Shown here in pieces: positions 59,311 through 64,000 of a stretch of 64,000 nt of DNA. Source of the stretch: Deltaproteobacteria bacterium. GTDB taxonomy: Bacteria > Desulfobacterota > Binatia > DP-6. The notes beneath the pieces are model-generated. The model searched no databases. It worked only from the letters and a program-made list of their open reading frames with translations, and had not been told where the DNA came from. The position numbers and the translations under genes are program-made. Every line of letters begins with the position of its first letter. Position 1 is the first letter of the stretch. The DNA lies in contig VBKG01000312.1 of NCBI GenBank assembly GCA_005879585.1, positions 4,400 to 68,399 on the forward strand. Direction: 5' to 3'.

Positions 59311-59748
59311 ATGGCGAGGCGCCCGGCCGATCTGCCCGACGAAGACGAGCCGAAGGACCGGGTCCTTCACACCCGCATCCCCGAGTCGCTCGAGGATGCG
59401 ATCAAGAGCAAGGCGCGTCGTCTGCGCATCCCGGTCTCGAACCTCGTGCGGAACGTGCTCGAGCAGACGTTCCAGCTCGTCGAAGACGTGGTCGGCGACG
59501 GCCTCGAGATCGCCAGCACAGCCAGACGGGGCGCGGCGCGCGTGCGCCAGGCGGCGACCGGCGTCGGCAGCCAGGCTGCCGGCATCTACGGCTGGCAGGA
59601 GCTGATACTGAACCGCGACGAGCGATGCGGGCATTGCGGTGTGGAGCTCGATCGTGGGGCTCGTGCGTGTCGCAGCCTCTCGGACCGGCCGGACGCGGCG
59701 CCCGTGTTTCTGTGCCCGGTGTGCGTCGCGGAGGTCGGCAAGGGCTGA
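59311..59748 (+). CDS. Ribbon-helix-helix (CopG/Arc-like) DNA-binding protein with C-terminal zinc ribbon
   Basis: HTRIPESLEDAIKSKARRLRIPVSNLVRNVLEQ RHH signature; CGHCG..CPVC; 145 aa. Confidence 0.7.
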   Translation: MARRPADLPDEDEPKDRVLHTRIPESLEDAIKSKARRLRIPVSNLVRNVLEQTFQLVEDVVGDGLEIASTARRGAARVRQAATGVGSQAAGIYGWQELILNRDERCGHCGVELDRGARACRSLSDRPDAAPVFLCPVCVAEVGKG

Positions 59749-59765
59749 ATTTTTTTCGCCGTCGC

Positions 59766-59778
59766 GTATCACAAAGTA
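59766..59778 (+). promoter_or_regulatory. Second copy of the GTATCACAAWGTA operator motif, upstream of the small gene at 59814
   Basis: GTATCACAAAGTA versus GTATCACAATGTA at 59280-59292 (12 of 13 identical). Confidence 0.35.
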
Positions 59779-59813
59779 CCACAACGGGCGGCTGAGACCG
59801 CCAAGGAGGCCAC

Positions 59814-60017
59814 ATGGACCGGAGGATCGAAGACATGACCCGGACGGGTACGGAGCTCGCCGCCGACTACGTGGGCGACGTCCTCAACGCGGCCAACAAG
59901 CTGATGGACACGCTCATGCGCAACGTCGAGAAGCTCACCCGCGGCGTCATCGAAGACGCCGGGAAGGTGGCCGCCGCAGCGTGCGACGCATTCTCGACGT
60001 CGCGCGATGCTCGCTAG
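59814..60017 (+). CDS. Small hypothetical protein
   Basis: 67 aa; strong RBS AAGGAGG 7 nt upstream; its stop overlaps the hydrolase start. Confidence 0.5.
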   Translation: MDRRIEDMTRTGTELAADYVGDVLNAANKLMDTLMRNVEKLTRGVIEDAGKVAAAACDAFSTSRDAR

Positions 60018-60930
60018 CAGCGACCTCCGACCGGCGACGGAGCTCCACTCCGTGACCCTGCACGGCCATCGGGTGGGGCTCCGTCTCGCCGGTCACGGGC
60101 CCGTCCTGCTGCTCGTTCACGGGATGGCGAGCAACTCGGAGGCATGGACGCGGGTCAGCTCGCTGCTCGCCGGCGGGTTCGCGATCGTCGCGCCGGACCT
60201 CCTCGGCCACGGGCAGACGGCGCAGCCGGCGGGTGACTATTCGCTGGGCGCGCACGCGACGCTCCTCCGGGATGTTCTCGTCGTCCTCGGGCACGAGCGC
60301 GCCACGGTCGTCGGACACTCGTTCGGCGGCGGCGTGGCCATGCAGTTCGCCTACCAGTTCCCGGAGCTCTGCGAGCGCCTCGTGCTGGTTGGGAGCGGCG
60401 GTCTCGGGCGGGAGGTGAACCTGCTGCTGCGGGCCCTCGCCCTTCCCGGCGCGGAGCACGTGCTCCGGCTCTTCTGTCGCGCGTCGGTGACCGAGGCGGG
60501 CCGCACCGTCGTCGAGTGGGCTCGGCGTGTCGGCTTCGGCCCGACTCCCGCCGCCGAGGAGATCGGCCGCGGCTACAACGCGCTGACCGATCCGTACGGC
60601 CGGACGGCTTTTTTTCGGACGCTCCGTGCCGTGATCGGCGTCGGCGGCCAGAGCATCAGCGCCAACGACCGGTTGCCGCTCGCCGCCGATCTCCCCACCC
60701 TCATCATCTGGGGCGCTCGCGACCCGATCATCCCGGTGCAGCATGCGCAGCGAGCGCATGACGCGATCGCGGGCAGCCGCCTCGAGATCTTCGACGGGGT
60801 CGGCCACTTCCCGCAGTGCGAGGCCCCGGAACGGTTCGCGCGGACGGTCTCGGACTTCGTCGTTTCGACGGAGCCGGCACGTCTGTCGCAGGAGCGCCTC
60901 CGCATGCGCCTGCAGGCCGGCGGACTGTAA
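60007..60930 (+). CDS. Alpha/beta-fold hydrolase
   Basis: Nucleophile elbow GHSFGG, LLLVHGMASNSEAW, C-terminal His region. Confidence 0.85.
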   Translation: MLASSDLRPATELHSVTLHGHRVGLRLAGHGPVLLLVHGMASNSEAWTRVSSLLAGGFAIVAPDLLGHGQTAQPAGDYSLGAHATLLRDVLVVLGHERATVVGHSFGGGVAMQFAYQFPELCERLVLVGSGGLGREVNLLLRALALPGAEHVLRLFCRASVTEAGRTVVEWARRVGFGPTPAAEEIGRGYNALTDPYGRTAFFRTLRAVIGVGGQSISANDRLPLAADLPTLIIWGARDPIIPVQHAQRAHDAIAGSRLEIFDGVGHFPQCEAPERFARTVSDFVVSTEPARLSQERLRMRLQAGGL

Positions 60931-60984
60931 GCGCCTGGACACTCCGGGGGCCCGCCCGCTATCTGCCGTGCGGGAGGGATGCCC

Positions 60985-62202
60985 ATGGCCGACGTCACCT
61001 GGGACTTCACCGGCAAGGTCGCGCTCGCGAGCGGCGGCGCATCGGGGATCGGCCGTGCGGCAGCGACGGCGTGGCTCGCGGCCGGAGCGCGGGTCGCGAT
61101 CCTCGACCAGAGCGCCGAGCGCCTCGAGGAGACGACAGGAGCCCTCGGCGCAGATCGGCTGCTCGCAATCTCCGGCGACGTCAGCGAGCCGGCCGACTGC
61201 GACCGCGCCATCGACGAGACGGTCCGGCGCTTCGGTCGCCTCGACGTCGTGCTCAACGCGGCGGGCATCGGCGGCATCGGGCGCGTGTGGGAGCTCGATC
61301 CGCTCATCTGGGACCGCGTGCTCGCCGTCAACCTGCGCGGCACGTTCCTCCTGACCCGCGCCGCGACGCGCTGGATGGTCGAGCACGAGCGGCCCGGGCG
61401 CGTCATCAACATCGCGTCGACCAACGCGACCGTGCCGACCACGGGGCACTCCCCGTACTGTGCGTCGAAGGCGGGCGTCGTCGCGCTGACGCAGGTCGCC
61501 GCGCTCGAGCTGGCCCCCCGTCAGGTGACCGTCAATGCGATCGCGCCGGGGCCGGTCGACACGAACCTCACCGCGCCGCTGTTCGCGATGGCCGGAGCGC
61601 GCGAAGAGTTCCTCCGCCACATCCCCCTCGGCCGGGTCGGCCGTGCCGAGGACATCGCGCAGATGATCCTCTTCCTCGCTTCGGACGCGGCGGAGTGGGT
61701 GACCGGACAGTGCTTCTACGTCGAGCAAAAAATGGTGAGGCGTCCGTTTGTCCGTTGCCCGGACGCTTGCCGGGGCTGCAGAGTCGTCGCCACCCGAAGG
61801 GGAGGAGGTCGACATGGCGGCGCGCAGACTCGAGACGATGGTTGCGCTCCTGATCCTGGTCACCGGCATGACGCGACCGGTCGCCGCGGCCCCGCGGCCG
61901 AACGTCGTGTTCATCCTGACCGACGACCAGCGGTGGGACACGATCGACAAGAAGCACTCGGTCGACGGCATCACTCCCGTCATGCCGAAGGTGCAGAGCC
62001 TGCTCGTGAGAAGGAACTCTACAACCTCGACCGCGACGCGTTCGAGCTCACCAACGTCGCCGGCAACTCGGCGAACGCCGGGCTGATCGCTCTCATGGCC
62101 GCCCGGCTGCGCGAGCTCGACCCGGGCTGGACCGGGAGCGCCCCATCGGCGCCGGCGTCCGCGGCGCCACCCGACTACGCCAACGACGACGCGTTCGAGT
62201 GA
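60985..62202 (+). CDS. SDR-family oxidoreductase with a non-native 3' extension (reads through into a sulfatase remnant)
   Basis: TGKVALASGGASGIG cofactor site, YxxxK (YCASK); SDR domain complete by about 61737, then an A6 run (61727-61732) and about 150 extra codons. Confidence 0.75.
   Translation: MADVTWDFTGKVALASGGASGIGRAAATAWLAAGARVAILDQSAERLEETTGALGADRLLAISGDVSEPADCDRAIDETVRRFGRLDVVLNAAGIGGIGRVWELDPLIWDRVLAVNLRGTFLLTRAATRWMVEHERPGRVINIASTNATVPTTGHSPYCASKAGVVALTQVAALELAPRQVTVNAIAPGPVDTNLTAPLFAMAGAREEFLRHIPLGRVGRAEDIAQMILFLASDAAEWVTGQCFYVEQKMVRRPFVRCPDACRGCRVVATRRGGGRHGGAQTRDDGCAPDPGHRHDATGRRGPAAERRVHPDRRPAVGHDRQEALGRRHHSRHAEGAEPAREKELYNLDRDAFELTNVAGNSANAGLIALMAARLRELDPGWTGSAPSAPASAAPPDYANDDAFE
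61814..62202 (+). pseudogene. Sulfatase remnant (N-terminal about 60 aa joined out of frame to the C-terminal tail; catalytic core deleted)
   Basis: RBS GGAGGAGG; MAARRLETM..PNVVFILTDDQRWDT sulfatase N-terminus in one frame; ELYNLDRDAFELTNVAG..LRELD sulfatase C-terminus in another. Confidence 0.6.
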
Positions 62203-62205
62203 CCG

Positions 62206-63591
<1,386 letters not shown>

Positions 63592-63605
63592 CGTGCCATC
63601 CTCCC

Positions 63606-64000
63606 TCAGTGGTGAGCTGCGATAGCCCGGCCGATACGCGTCATTCTCGCAGGGACCCGTGCGGAGACGGGGCCGCGAGCATACGCGTCGATGAAATCCG
63701 CAATCAGCACCGCCGCATGCGGCACGTTTCGGTAACTCGGGAAGTAGTTCAGATCCACGACCAAGGGCCCATCCGCACTCTCTACAATGTCCAATCCATA
63801 CAAGCGTAAGTCGAACAGGCGGCCGCAGCGCAGCGCGATCTCCCGTACGTCGCGGCTGATCGGGCAGGTCCAGCGCGGGGCGTCCCTCGACGGCCCGCGC
63901 GTGCGCATTGCGAAGACTTCCTCACCGATGACGTAGACCTTCAACTCTTGCTCATGCCGGACATATTCCTGGATCAGTACCGGCTCGCGCGGCCGCGGGG
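63606..64000 (-). CDS. ATP-grasp domain protein (RimK-like), 5' end beyond window
   Basis: C-terminal ATP-grasp segment ([33 protein letters not shown]); frame continues upstream past 64000. Confidence 0.6.
   Translation of the reverse strand, partial: PRPREPVLIQEYVRHEQELKVYVIGEEVFAMRTRGPSRDAPRWTCPISRDVREIALRCGRLFDLRLYGLDIVESADGPLVVDLNYFPSYRNVPHAAVLIADFIDAYARGPVSARVPARMTRIGRAIAAHH

Overview
This is a high-GC (about 70%) bacterial chromosomal segment, very gene-dense, with no rRNA, tRNA or CRISPR detected by eye. The lineage cannot be fixed from sequence alone; desulforedoxin-like genes, CarD/CdnL and a long-form IS200-like transposase suggest an anaerobe-leaning delta-proteobacterial or similar phylum. 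About 70 coding genes are supported, many joined by 1-4 nt stop/start overlaps.

Core content:
- Cell envelope and proteostasis: D-Ala-D-Ala carboxypeptidase, HtpX, DegP/HtrA, MltD-like, an M48/TPR protease, a GT9 heptosyltransferase-like enzyme.
- Translation and DNA repair: TsaD, RsmA/KsgA, MutM/Fpg.
- A complete tetrapyrrole block: sirC, ccsA/hemX-like, hemA, hemC, cobA-hemD fusion, hemB.
- A CoA/acyl-CoA cluster: MenB-like, two enoyl-CoA hydratases, an AMP-ligase, CoaD.
- cysK coupled to a LarE-like PP-loop protein.
- An ABC importer (binding protein plus two permeases, no ATPase genes) fused in an operon to a frameshifted FAD oxidoreductase.
- An HDOD / sigma-54 activator operon.
- A UDP-diacetamido-sugar gene set (GT2, WbpB-, WbpE- and WbpD-like) followed by a PMT-like TPR membrane protein, then a radical-SAM/SPASM enzyme and hisC.

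Accessory and unusual content:
- RmuC translationally coupled to a DGQHR (DndB-like) protein, a candidate DNA-processing or defence pair.
- A long-form IS200/IS605-family Y1 transposase with a decayed partial tandem copy, next to a frameshifted SEC-C protein.
- Two desulforedoxin-like mini-genes missed by the ORF track.
- A perfect 129-bp in-frame tandem duplication inside the ccsA-like gene.
- A 23-bp tandem duplication of the hemB ribosome-binding site and start.
- Two copies of a roughly 95-nt structured repeat in 3' intergenic regions (a possible non-coding RNA family).
- Identical 25-nt hairpins in inverted orientation after convergent genes (REP-like).
- A 3' terminal island (56.4-62.5 kb): an orphan RelE/ParE-like toxin gene, a lipoprotein combining a clan-CD (legumain/caspase-like) His-Cys domain with PDZ and a CGPC thioredoxin-like domain, an RHH + zinc-ribbon regulator with a repeated GTATCACAAWGTA operator, a small protein, an alpha/beta-hydrolase, an SDR, then a gene graveyard (sulfatase remnant, hydrolase fragment) abutting ino1 and an ATP-grasp gene.

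Several genes carry apparent frameshifts or lack a canonical start (SEC-C protein, FAD oxidoreductase, SDR 3' end, hisC).
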